From Camelus ferus (lineage: Eukaryota), in contig NC_045696.1 in the NCBI RefSeq assembly GCF_009834535.1, positions 116,872,001 through 116,936,000 on the forward strand: DNA of 64,000 bases, read 5' to 3'. Shown here one piece after another: positions 1-12,400 of the stretch. Each line of letters starts with the position of its first letter. Positions within the stretch are counted from its first letter, which is position 1. The notes beneath the pieces were generated by a model. It was given only the letters and a program-made list of their open reading frames with translations. It was not told the origin of the DNA and did no database searches. The position numbers were made by a program, and so were the translations under genes.

Positions 1-184
1 CTCCTTTTAGTACAAAAGAAGCCTCAATTCTAAGTCCAAGAAGATGGTTCTCCAGGACATTAGTCTGCCATCTTCTCGATCGGCCAGCTTTCTGAATAAA
101 GTCGTTATTCTTTGCCCTAACATCTCCTCTCCCAATGTACTGGCCTGTCATGTGGTGGGCAGAATGAGTTTGGACTCATTAATA
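1..184 (+). mobile_element. 3' part of an ERV-type LTR (same family as 1168-1592), truncated by the window edge
   Basis: Aligns by eye with 1407-1592 (TAAGTCCAAGAAGATG, AGTCTGCCATCTTCT, TCTGAATAAAGTC, GCAGAATGAGTTTGG). AATAAA at 95-100. Confidence 0.8.
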
Positions 185-1167
185 GTGTTAAGATATAAAG
201 TCTAATTATCATTTGAAAAAAATTGAGGGAAAATTCCCTGTCTAATGTCTTAGAGAACCTCTAAGCTTTGCAGGATAGCCCTACTAATTGTGGAAACAAT
301 TTTTTTTTTAATTGAGGAAACACTTGGAAAATGGACCTTTATGTTGATCGTTGAAGGACACAGGTGATCTATAATATTTAATACTCAAAATGATATCACA
401 TCTCCTGACAGGTAGCCTGAATCAAGTGAGCCATGTACTGACACCTTGCACATTTCTTCACTTTATAGGTAAGAATGATGGGCCACGAGTCCAGCCCTGG
501 GACTACTGGTCCCGTGCTCTGGCCACCATCTAATCTGCATGCATATTTGCCATGCTTTTGCTCATTCTTCCAAATGAAGTGTTTCCTTTTGGCTTTGAAG
601 TCAGACCTGGGATGGATCCTTAGACACTCACTACCTGCAGGGCCTTACAACAGGCTTAGATGGGAGACGGCTGGCGAAAACACCTATCATCCTGCCTCCT
701 GGCACATAGTTAAGTGTTCAACACCCACTCTTTCCCTGCAGAGAACTCCTGGTTCCATTAAGACAGTTGAATCTTTGCTCCCTTACTCTTCTTCATATAC
801 GGCCACTTTTGAATGCTGTTCTTCCCTTTGAGTAATGTGTTGTTTTTCCTAATATGATGAGCCATCTCATCAACTGAAGTATCTCACAGAGATAAAAGGG
901 AAGTGTTTATTGTTTCTTTTTATGTTTTTCCTAAGATTTCAAGAAATTTATCACTCATTAAAAAATTAGAGCAGATTTACATGAGTAGCTGATGGAACCC
1001 AAGGTGGATTAATAATTTCTTGGTGACGCTAATGGTTAATTAGGCATGCATATTTGTACTAGAAAAGAAAAAAATCTGACTCCATATTAGATCTGTTCCT
1101 TTGGTTTTAACCTTCTGCCTTGTTTTCTAGGCTGAGTCTTGCTAGCTCTGCACTTTTTATAAAACAG

Positions 1168-1592
1168 TGTTGCCTATAGCCTGAAATACACAGGATAGCC
1201 TATTCTCAAGGCTCTGATCTTTAAGGATATTAACGGTTCTGCATTCACATAAAGATAACAAGCTGCAGAATAGAAAATAACCTTTGTTTTGTTGGAGGTT
1301 TTACAGTGGCACCATGACCTGACCCACGTGGACAGCTGCAAGGACAAAGGATTCCAAGAACAAAGAATTCTTACACCAACAAGTATGCAACAATCAACCA
1401 CATCCCCTCCCCTTTTTAGTATAAAAAGAGCCTGAATCCTAAGTCCAAGAAGATGATTCTCAAGGACACCAGTCTGCCATCTTCTTGGTCTTCCGGTTTT
1501 CTGAATAAAGTCTCTGTTCCTTGCCCCAACACCTCGTCTCCAGATTTATTGGCCTGTCGTGCCATGAGCAGAATGAGTTTGGCTCGATAACA
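1168..1592 (+). mobile_element. Solo LTR, ERV1-like, ~425 bp
   Basis: TGTT...AACA termini, TATAAAAA at 1420, AATAAA at 1504-1509, second copy at the window start. No clear TSD seen. Confidence 0.8.
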
Positions 1593-1619
1593 TATCCTTT
1601 TTCAAAAAAATTATCAATC

Positions 1620-4600
1620 AGGCCTCGCCCAACGCATCTCTCCTCTCAGCGGCAGCCGCTCTCCCGGCCTTGAACCGGCTCTGTGAGATTAGGGTCCAAA
1701 CGCTAACTATGCGGCACCTCCTCCTACCTCAAGGTGTTGGGAGACAGCTCACACCAGTCCTCGTGCCCTTCCGAGGCCTGAGGCGCGGGCAGCTTGTGCT
1801 CGCAGTCGCTGTCCGCTGCAATGTGACCTCCTCCTCCCGACTCGTCCCTTGGCCAGGGCCTGGCCTACCTTGGTCTCCGGCGTCCGACGGGCTGGACCCG
1901 AGTCAGGCGTCGGAGAGCACACACGAGGACAAAAGCTTGTGCACCAACGAGAAGAAGCCACTGCAGGGCCTCAACCACAGCTTCCCCGCGTTCACAGAGA
2001 AGAGGCACCAGCGGGAGACGCAGAACCCCGCGCCTGCGCGTTGGCGACCTGCGCACGCAGCTGGAGGAAGCGAGCTCGGCGCACGCGCAGGCCCCGCTGG
2101 AGCGCGACAGGCTGGCAGTTAGGGCGCAGTGATTGCAGGCGCGCTGCCTGGAGGAGAGAGATCGGCGCGCAGGCGCAGCAATGCGACATGGACGGTGCTA
2201 TGGATCTGGAGAAGAAGGTGGAGCCACTGCTGGTACGAGCTGGCCTTGGTGCGTGCTGTGCACGACGAGGAGGTGGCCCAGCTTCTGGCCACGCTGCCGG
2301 CCTCATCGCAGGCCGCGGCCGAGGTGAACGTGGCTGTGGCCAAACCAGACCTGAGTTCGGCGCTGCGGGAGAGCCACGCCCAGGATGAGTCCCTGGCCGC
2401 CAAGAACCTGCAGTCAGCGGAGGTTTGGTACAAGGCCAAGTTTGCCAACCTGAACGAGCAGGCGGCGCGCAGCACTGAGGCCATCCGGCCCAGCAGCGGG
2501 GAGATGCACCAGTACCGGCGCCGGCTGCAGGCACGCACCATCGAGTTCCAGGGGCTGCGTGGGGCCAACGAGCCCCTGGAGAGGCAGATCCTGGAGCTGG
2601 AAGAGCAGCACAGTGCCGAGGTGGCTGGCTACCAGAAGAACATTGTGCAGCTGGAGAATGATCTGAGGTACACCATGAGTGAGATGGAACGCCACCTTAG
2701 GGAATACCGGGACCTGCTCAGTGTCAAAATGGCGCTTGACATTGAACTAGCATCTTTCAGGAAACTGCTGGAAGGTGAACAGACACGTTTCAGCACCAGT
2801 GGATCAAGCATTTAAGGGCTGAATCCACTTCCCAATCCAAGGTATCTGCTCCTATCTAGAATCCTCAGCTCTACCACCAACAAAGTCTCATCCACTGGGC
2901 GGTCTCTTAAGAAAGAGGAGAAGGAAAAGGAGGCTTCTAAGGTAGCCTCTAGGAAAACCACCCAGACAGAGTAAAGTTTTAAAGAAATATTGGAGGAGAC
3001 AGTAATATCTACTAAGAAAACCGAGAAATCAAATAAAGGAGAAAGTACCATTTCAAGCCCAAAAATATAGTTCTGTTACTTAAAAAAAGCCAATGCTTAA
3101 GAGGGGGTAATATACATTTGACTTGTTAAACAGCGTATTCCTGATCCAAAACACCAGTCACCACTATACAGTGTCTTCAAGACTTCAGTCTCATATTTAG
3201 CATTACATACTTTCTCTAATAAGAAAACCACACCTTAGATTGGAGCAAACTGCAGTCCTAGAGCAATCACAGAGGAGTTATCTAAGAATTCAGCTTTCTG
3301 ACCTAACACTCAGGCTAGATGATTCAGATACAGAGGAAATACAAACTAAGGTGCTAAATCTGTGATCATCATCACTTTGCTATGAGCTGAAATTAAAACC
3401 TGTATTCATTCACTATACCCAGCCACTACCCTGCTATATAATCTCACCCTAGATACCTAAAACATAAGCTCACTGCCAAAGATAAGCCCACAGTTCACAG
3501 CCAACACCACGCTGGTAGAGCTGTTTCACACAGGATAGGTGTTTGTGTAATGAATACTTGTCCTCTCACCACCCTCAATCCCATATAACCTTTCCTCCCA
3601 TTCAGAAAAAGGCTAGTGTAATATTCATCCCTTTTAAATACATTTAGGTTCTTCTCCAAAGAACTTGTCTCCCTTAGGTCTCTTAGTCTCTGCTCAGTAG
3701 GTAGAATTAGATGCATGTTAACCATTTCTATGATTGTAATAACTTCTCCCCGCCCATTTCATATCCTAATTCTGTAGTTTAAAAAGGGGCAGTGATACGT
3801 TTCAAGGGTTGCCCCCCAACAAATAAAATAATGAAAAGCATCTCTAGATTTTAGTCTCTCAGCTTATTCAAGTCCATTTAATTAGGAGAAAGGAATACTT
3901 TATTAAGAATGTAGCTTTTCATCTTAAGTTTGGAAGCACAGTCATAGTTGATCCCAAACCATGATTAAGCTGATCTTAGATATAATAGTATAATCTAGAA
4001 GAGGTGGGTATTTGTATGAAGGGGGAAACCCAAGGCCTCATTTATCTGTGTCAGTTCATTTGCGGTGGTAGCGAATTAGCTGTTTCATGCCCTTGCCCTT
4101 AGACAAATCCACATACTCCCCTTCCCACTAGTCCAGGTCCTAAAGAGGCCTTGTTTTCACTCCTATGCCTTTTAAGAGTGTTAAGTGTAGAATGTGTTAT
4201 CACCAGGACACAGTGGTACTGCCCCAAAGGAAAAGAAGTCACTTTTGAGCAATCAACACCATCAGCAAGTACGAAAAAGAAACCTTTCTCTTTTCTAAGA
4301 GTTTTGACCTGCGGTTTTCCTACTGCTGCACGGTTGGTGGGGTCTCCCTTCCCTGCTGGAAAGGAAGAGACAGATCAGAGAAGGGCACACAGGCTCCTGC
4401 TCACATGCAAAGAAGTAGGTTCTGGAGAGTCCAGTTTTCATCCGCCCTGCAGTGTAGCAGCTGCGTTGCCCGGTCTTCCAGGTGCGCCCAGTTTGATGCA
4501 GGATTTGGTTCTCTGCCAGAGTCACTTCCACCAGATCTAACGAGTTACTATGTTTCTGTCATATCTCTCCACTAAGAGTTCCGTGCTGATGAGGATGTGA

Positions 4601-4773
4601 TGCTTTTACTGAGCTTTCCTATCCTAGTACCTGCTTCAGCTGTTCAAGGAACTTGAAAGAATAGTTTTGTCTTCTTCCTTTCCCTTACTCCATCCCTGTC
4701 TTTACTCCCCACACTTACTGTAAAACATCAGTAAAATAAGAATTAACAGTCACATGAATTCCATCAAAAAAAA
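1620..4773 (+). pseudogene. INA: Processed pseudogene (retrocopy) of alpha-internexin: 5'UTR, disabled CDS 1683-3070, ~1.7 kb 3'UTR, short A tail
   Basis: Peptides [73 protein letters not shown] and a C-terminal ..ISSPKI*(TAG 3068-3070) match INA. Start codon is mutated to GTG (1683). Premature TAA at 1704, 2813 and 2972, plus frameshifts and deletions. No introns. Candidate TSD AAAAAAATTATCAATC (1604-1619) vs AAAAAAAATCAATC (4766-4779). Confidence 0.93.
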
Positions 4774-4779
4774 TCAATC

Positions 4780-5145
4780 GCTTATATTTGAAATCTTAAA
4801 AAAAAAATGATATAAATGAACTTACTTACAAAACAAATAGACATACATACATAGAAAACAAACTTACGGTTACCAAAGGGGAAAAGGGGGGCGAGGAATA
4901 AATTAGGAATTTGAGATTAATATACACACACTACTATATATAAAATAGATAACCAACGAGAACCTACAGTCTAGCACAGGGAACTATACTCAGTATCTTG
5001 TAATAACCTATAATGGAAAAGAATCTCAAGAAGAATATATATAGATACACATATTTATGTATATCGCTGAGTCACTTTACACCTAAAACTAACACAACAC
5101 TGTAAGTCAACTATACTTCAATTTAAAAATAAATAAATAATAAAT
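4780..5145 (+). mobile_element. 5'-truncated LINE-1 3'UTR
   Basis: Typical laurasiatherian L1 tail (GGTTACCAAAGGGG...TAGCACAGGGAACTATACTCAGTATCTTGTAATAACCTATAATGG...CTATACTTCAAT) followed by an (AAAT)n tail. Confidence 0.85.
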
Positions 5146-7084
5146 ACATCAAATGCATATGGCTGTACATAACCCAGAAGTTCTTAGAAAACCAGAAGTT
5201 CTTAGATCCTCTCCTCCCATTTTTTTTTTCCTGCGCCAGAAACAAAATATTTCCAGTCTTTTGGCCATTTCATTTTCAGTAATCACCTCCTTACAAATAA
5301 CATGTCTATATTGTCACTTCCTTGATTTTCCAGTTCTAGGCACTATTGACTTGTTTCTCGCTGTAACAGGTGAGAATTCCGTTCGCTGTGATAGGGAGTT
5401 CACGCACTACTTGTGGCGACAGCTTGCCCATAATGATTGGTCAGTGTGTGTCCAGGCCCCGCCCCCAACTCAGAAAGGCCATCCCAGCTGGAAAGGTTTC
5501 TCGCTGCTCTGTTAGGACCCAAAGCCTTCTGCTCAGTCCTGCTTGCTTGCTTTCCTGCACAGATGTTGATCCCACTGATACTTGCTTCCCACAGAACTTG
5601 GATAGTTTGGGAAAGGAAGTTGTCTGGTTGCACATATTAGGGGAGGAAATCTGAATCTAGTTGCTTCTTAAAAATACTTTCAAATTATCTTTCTGGGTTC
5701 AGCTTTACCATCATTGTCACTTTCAGAGGCATCTATTCTTAAGCTTTTGGAAGGTTCTGTAGTGGAAATTGCCTTGTTTCTTCGCTTTTTCCACTGCTGG
5801 TTAGGGTTTAGTTTTCTTAGATCCAATTAAGTCAGTTCACACATCGATTCTGTTGCTGTCATCTTTCCTGTTATCTGTGACCTGCGGGTTTTTGTCTTTA
5901 AAACAATCTCTTCACTGCTGTTTCAGTGATACTTTTGGAAATGTATGCATTTAATCTGCCAGTGTCTTGACATAGACTTCACTCTGCGTCTAGAACTTCT
6001 GACGTTTTTATTTGCAAGCCATATTGTACGGAAAATAGAAACACTTCATCATTAAAGCTTTCTGGTTGCACTTATTCAGGAGAGTGAGTCAAAAAGGGAT
6101 TGTGTGTCTTGAAATTTGATATATTCTTGAGGAAGTAAGTGATGGGAAACTCTCAGATTGAGGTTCAGTATGGAAGGAGTTATTACAGGATTTGCAATTA
6201 CAAGATGATATAAATGACTGAATGTAGATCAAAATAACAGACATTATCTCAAGGATCATGGTGGCTTATGACTTGAGTGACAGTCATAATTATTTTTAAC
6301 AGCCAAACTGGTGGGGTAGAATACATCAAATGCAGGCACTTAAAAGCTGTCTTTTCATTGAACTCAGTATGATGAGATATAATATGCAACAGTGTATACC
6401 ATTCTAGACACGAAAGAAGTAGAATGTACTTCAGGAGGGCTTAGAGGAAAATGGCAGATATGATTAAAGGGCTGGGAATAGGCAGATCCTAAGTGTAAGC
6501 AGAACACACAGTTTATTCAGAGGAGAAGAATTAGATGGTTTTCTAATGGCCCTAAAGCATATAAAGCAGTCTCATTCGTCTTCACATTTGAAGTGTTTTT
6601 TCTGAGAAAATTTAATGGGATAATTGATGGGTAAGGTACTTTACTGATAGTAGGCCATTCAGTGCTAGTTTTCTTCCTTCTTAAAGGATCCAAGCATGAC
6701 AAAGTGGTCTTTAACTTCAACAAGAAGGAATTAATTTTTACTTAATTTACTTAATTTTAATTAAGTATTCCCTGGCGGTGAGGATTACAGTAGGATAAAT
6801 TGATTGCTTTAAAAACTAGTATTTACATCGAAAAAGGGATGGATGGAAAGAGGTCAATGAATGTATGAAGGTAGTTTTCCTTGCACAGTGAACCTAGGAA
6901 TGATATATTTCCTTATTTCTTCAACTTTCTTTTATATTTCCCTCATTTTTTACATAATTTTTCATAAATGACCAGGTAATATTTTCTAATGGATACAAAC
7001 TGACACCACTTGTGTTTTAAATTACAACATGATTTGTGGATATAATCCTTTTCACTGTGATGTAGAGGCCTTATAATATGAAGA

Positions 7085-7305
7085 TTACAGGTCAAACTCA
7101 AGCTAAACAAGGCTTGGGTTTGAGTAACAGCCTTGCCACTAAGTGGTTTTGTGAACTTGGGCACGGTACCTAACTTTTGAAAACACTGATGAAAATATTC
7201 CTTATACCATAGGGTTGTTGAAAGGATTAAATTAATGAACATATGGAAAGCATTTAGAAAAATTCTGACTTACAATAAGCACTCAATAAATGGTAGACAT
7301 CATTT
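7085..7305 (+). mobile_element. MIR SINE relic
   Basis: GTGAACTTGGGCAC, ATAGGGTTGTTGAAAGGATTAAAT and CACTCAATAAATGGTAG motifs. Confidence 0.6.
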
Positions 7306-7990
7306 TTATTCCAAAAGACGTTTAAGGTGCTTTTAAAACTATGTTATGGAGGTTTTTAAAAATAAGAAAAAGAATTTAGGTAGAGGATAGAAAATAAGCT
7401 CAAAAGAGCTAAACTTTAATGTTATTTATTAATAATATTTAATATTCTTATTAAATTTCTAGCTCTCAAAAAGAGAAAAATATGATTGGATATAACAGAG
7501 TATCTCTAAATAAGCTTTCAAAACTCATATCCTGACCTAAAAATATCTTTCCCCAGGATTCTCATAAAGGAGACACTAGGATATATAAATTTTTCTAAAT
7601 CGGAAAGTATAAAGGGGTTATGTTACTTCCACTCTTAAATTTTGTTAAAATTAAATGTCTAAATATTAATGGGTACTTGGGGGCCAGGCTTCCTTATGGT
7701 GAGTAAGTATTTTTTTGTTTTTTGTTTTTTGTTTTCTAAACTACAGAAATCAAGCACAGCCACATGACAAAACTGTCCCAGTGCAGGAGCTTACATTTCA
7801 TTACAGCTAAATGAATCAATAGCTAAAAAAAGCTATGACACTTTTGAAGTTCACTGTGCTTCTCTGTCTTCTTTCTGTATTTATTATCTCACTCCTTGGT
7901 GAGTCTTCACATAATTGATGAGTGTGTCCCCAAATACATGCATTTAAATATTAGTTTCCTTACTCAGCCATACTTAATGCTTGTGTGGCG

Positions 7991-8016
7991 ATATATAGAT
8001 ATATATATAGATATAG

Positions 8017-8061
<45 letters not shown>

Positions 8062-8070
8062 TATATATAT
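7991..8070. repeat. Compound microsatellite (TA/TAGA)n(CA)n(TA)n
   Basis: Direct reading of the sequence. Confidence 0.95.
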
Positions 8071-8654
8071 TTAAATTAACTTCCAAATAAGTCATTTATT
8101 TTTATTTAGATTTAAAGAATACCCATGCATTGATTATATGTTTTAATGTGTATGTTAAAATAGTAATACTTTTCTTTAAAAAGTCTTTTAGGTATCATCT
8201 AAAAATCACTTTGTGTACTTTCAGCAACATTCATGACTTCTACTACTTCTGGGGAAACATGAGAAAACTCTACTTTGACATACATATTCACATTAAAGCT
8301 TATGTTTAAATGTGAAGCTAATAACCTCTAATTTTAAAATGAAGATTGTATTTCTTTGCTAAATGAAAAAAATGAAAAGGGAAACTTGGAGTATGTCAGC
8401 TACTAAAATCAAGCCATGCCTATTCAGCTGGAGTGATGAATGCCTTTCTTGCTTTACTAGGCTAATGTCGAATTTTACCTACAAATTTCAGCCACTGGTA
8501 ACAGATCAAAAGTATCTAAGGTAATAAACTGACTGAATCCCCCCTATTTAAATAATTATTTTCTTAGCATCATTCTAGCTGTCTTTAGGGAGGGTCTTAA
8601 GTACAACAACAGGTGTGTCCTGTGCTCATTTTTTCCAGTATGGTGGGTAACAAA

Positions 8655-11600
8655 TTCTAACTCTTTAACTTGCACTTTCCTGATTACTGATTAGGTTGAG
8701 TCTCTTGATATATTTGTGGCCAATTCATGTTTCATCTCCTTTGACCTATTATGTCTATTGCAATTTGTTTATATTGAGTTGTTTGTATTTTGTTATTAAT
8801 TTGGAAGTGTTCCTTATATATTCTTGATGCTAAATGATAGTCAATATTTTTGTGTTTCAAAAATCTTTTACAGACTTGCAGGATGGACCCACAGCTGGTC
8901 TGTCAGCTTACGACAGAGCTTGCGTTGTACTCCAATCATACATCTCTGCTTTCCAGAGATGTCTGACTAACTGGCCCTTGTTTTTGTCTGGCCATTGTCA
9001 ATTCATTACTTTAGTGTTGTGCTAGCCTAGGAGAGCCATGAGTGGTAACAAAGGACTGTGTTCAAACTGAGTGTGATTTACTCCACTGCTGAGTCACACC
9101 GTATATTGCATTACATGAAAGATGAGACTTGTATTTCCTTAGACAAGATAGTCCTCAACACACATCCAGACTGGCTTACATACAGAAGCACTCCTGTCTC
9201 ATGTACCTAGGATTGGCTTCGAGAGGCACAGTTGAGCTCCCAGAATATCTGATGTATTGATCAATAACTTTTTCTTTTAACCTGCAATTGAACCCACTGG
9301 GGTGACTGTTTTGCAGCTTTCATGGGGGTTTCTGTAATCCTCTGTCACTGGAAAATAATGCCAGTGCTCTGCTGAGTATCTTGAGTGATCTAACGTCCTT
9401 CTCTATCTTTCAGATGGATGACCCTTGTTTCGCTTACCCAGGTGTTTTCTGTGTCTGGTCGCTCCCTCTTATGATGCTCCCACCGACATCTGTCAATTCG
9501 GTGATCATTCATCTTCTTGCTTGTATTACACTATCTTTTAATGAATAAGAGTTCTGAGTTTAATGAAGTCAAATATAAGTTAAATTTCAAATATCATGTT
9601 TAAGAAAACCTTCATTACTCCAAACTCAGTAAGATATTTAATTATATTTCTGTCTTTAAAAAAAAGTGGGGGAGGGTATAGCTCAGTGGTAGGGTTCATG
9701 CTTGGCATGCATGAGGTCCTAAGTTCAATACCCAGTACCTCCATTTAAAAATAAATAAACCTAATTACCTTCCCTCTCCAAAAAAATAAATTAATTGTAC
9801 AAAAATGAATGTTCTAAAATTGTTTTAAGTAGGTGTTTCTCTTTGAATTGATTTGTGACTATATTGTGAGGTGGGGGTCCAAATACACTTTTATTTAAAC
9901 ATGGATGTGTAATATTCCCAGCATCATTTGATTAAATAGTTCACCCTTTCTACATTGGCGTACGGTACAAGCTCTGTCATACATCAGGTTCTTGCATGTG
10001 TATGTATATGATTACCGGCCCTCCATTCTGGTCCACTGGTACACTTTACAAATTGATTTGTTTGTCTTCCACACCCTACTTATTACTATAAGTTTACTAT
10101 AAACACTGATAGGTGGTAGCACAGGTTTTCCTATTTAGTTTATCTTGATCGGGATTGTCAGCTATTTTTGCAATTTTTTCAAAAACTTCACATAAATTTT
10201 AAAAACACCTTGGTCGACTCCACAAAAGAACAAATAACCAAAATCAAAATGAAAAAGGAAAGCAAAAAAAAAAAAACAAAAACTTGTTGAGATTCAGGAT
10301 TTTCATTGGAATTTCACTGGATTTATATATCAATTATGGCTTAATTGATATTTTTGTGATAGTAAAACTTTATATCCATTAATCTATGAGTATTTTATGG
10401 CACGCCACTTATTTAGATATTCTTTAACATCTTTCAGGAAGGGCAGAATTTTCTTCCTAAAGTTCATGCATCTTTTTGACAGGAACCTTTTGTTTGCATT
10501 TATATAGAGAATTTTTTAAAAGTTGCATTTATTTATAATTTGTTGCTCATGTACAGAAATGCAATTGACTTTGGATATTTTTCTTGAAATTGTCAATTTT
10601 GGTAAAGTCAAAATATGGGCTTTCTATGTAGGCAATTATATCATTTGAAAATCATGACAATTTTGTTACTTTCACTCCAATCTTTATAACTTTTATTTTT
10701 CTCTTTTTAGGGCACTGGCAAGGACTGCTAGTGTATTGCAAAATAGAATGGGCAAAAACGGGTTTATTTATCTTGATCCTGATTTTTAGAGGAAATACTT
10801 TGAGTATTTCAATTGGCTATTATATTGCTTATGGTTTTTTGGGGGACATGGGGGAACACAACCATAATTGAAATATTTGTATTTTACCACAAGTTCTATA
10901 GAAACATGTTTAATGTGAACTGCTGTGGAATTCCTGAATTATTGAGATGATCATATTAACCTTTAACCAGTGAATATGGCAGATTTGAAACTTCATCTAA
11001 CATTGAACCTTTCTTTGCTGTGATAGTCTTTGCTGTGATGGATTCAGCTTGTTTATATTTTTTGTTTAGAATTTTTGTTTTGATAGTTATAGTGAGATTA
11101 GCTTGTCATTTTCTTTTCCTACACTTCTCAAGTTGTCCTTGTCTGGTTTTAATGTCAAGATTATATAATTTGTCTATCCTCTGAAAGAATTCATTTGTGA
11201 TTGGGTTTACAAAATGTGTGGGAATACTCATCCACAAAATCATTTGGGCTTAATATTTGGGGAGAATTTTTTAATCTTATTCAATATGTTTAATAATTAT
11301 AATTCAAATTGTATTTCTCTTCCTGAGTCAATTAAAAAAATTAACAAAGGTTTCATTTCACCTAATTTTCCAAAATCATTGGCATAAGGTTTTTCTTTTA
11401 TTTTCTCCTGAATCTCTCCTGCCACTCTTGTCATATCCCCTTTCTTATTACTAATACTGAAGTTTCCAACAGTAAAGTTTTGGTGAGTGAATGATCTATG
11501 TTTTGTCTGAAGTTTCTGTATCTTATCCCTATTTTTTTCAAGAGTTCAAGTGGATAAAACAGTCTAGTTGGCACTGATTCTTATCGATATTTTGAATATG

Positions 11601-12400
11601 GATTATTCCAGTCTCTCTGGCTTTTATTGTTGTCTTTGAGAGCAGAGCTGTCAGTCACAGTGGCTTCCACTTGCAGATAAAGTCATTTCCTTTAGCCTGA
11701 TTTTAAGATCTTCTCTTTGTATCTAAAGTTCTTTAGTTTCACAACATTTCCAGGTCTTGGTTTCTTTACGTGTATCCTGTTCAGGTATGTTGGGCTTCCT
11801 AAATCTGAGTATTGAGTTTTATGAATTCTGAAAAATCCTCTTCAGTTTATTCTCCACTGTTCTAGTCTCTCTTTCTAAAATTCTAGATATTTTGGATTGT
11901 TTTGTTCTAAGCACTATTTCTCTTGAACTTTTTTTTTTCATATGTGTCTGTAATACATTGTGTGGATTTATTTTTATTTTCTAATTCATAAATTCTCTCT
12001 TATTCTGTGACCTGTCTGTTGTTTATCCTGTTCATCGAGTCTTTCTTTTTAATGATCCTCTTTCTCATTGATATAAGTTCTCTTTGGTTCTTTTTCAAAT
12101 CTGCCTAGTAAATTTTGATGGTCTTTGTCCCTCCATCATTTTTTTAACCCCTTTTAAATTTTCTTTAAATAAATTAAGCAGACATATTCTTATCTAATAA
12201 TTCCGATATCTACAGTCCTTGAAGATTCAATTTTGTAATTTCCTTTTCTCTGATGACTCTTACTCGTGGTAGCTTACTACACAGTGCTCATGATTTTTAT
12301 CACAAGCTCATGTTCCTTGAAACTTTATCTCTGAGAATCCTTTTAGAACTGCAATTAAATGTGCCCAACAAGAAAGATTTTGCGTTTTATTTTCCCTTTG
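8655..12400 (-). mobile_element. Ancient, highly degraded LINE-1 (L1M-type), interrupted by later insertions
   Basis: T-rich antisense ORF2-like motifs (TTCCCAGCATCATTTGATTAAATAG, TTGGAATTTCACTGGATTTATATATCAATT, TACAGAAATGCAATTGACTTT). Boundaries approximate. Confidence 0.6.
9668..9790 (+). mobile_element. Camelid tRNA-derived SINE (Vic-1-like)
   Basis: GGGGAGGGTATAGCTCAGTGGTAG head with A box, B-box-like AGTTCAATAC, CCCAGTACCTCCA, then the AATAAATAAACCTAATTACC tail. Confidence 0.85.

Noticed and set aside
1670..2568. Overlapping 149-180 aa ORFs on both strands
   Set aside because: These are by-products of the GC-rich, frameshifted INA pseudogene; the + frames contain only patches of INA.
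2129..2815. 228-aa ORF as a functional intermediate filament gene
   Set aside because: GTG start, non-INA N-terminus, premature stop and upstream disablements.
9668..9745. tRNA-like sequence (also 60500-60576)
   Set aside because: It carries the SINE-specific tail and has degenerate stems; it is a Vic-1-type SINE, not a tRNA gene.
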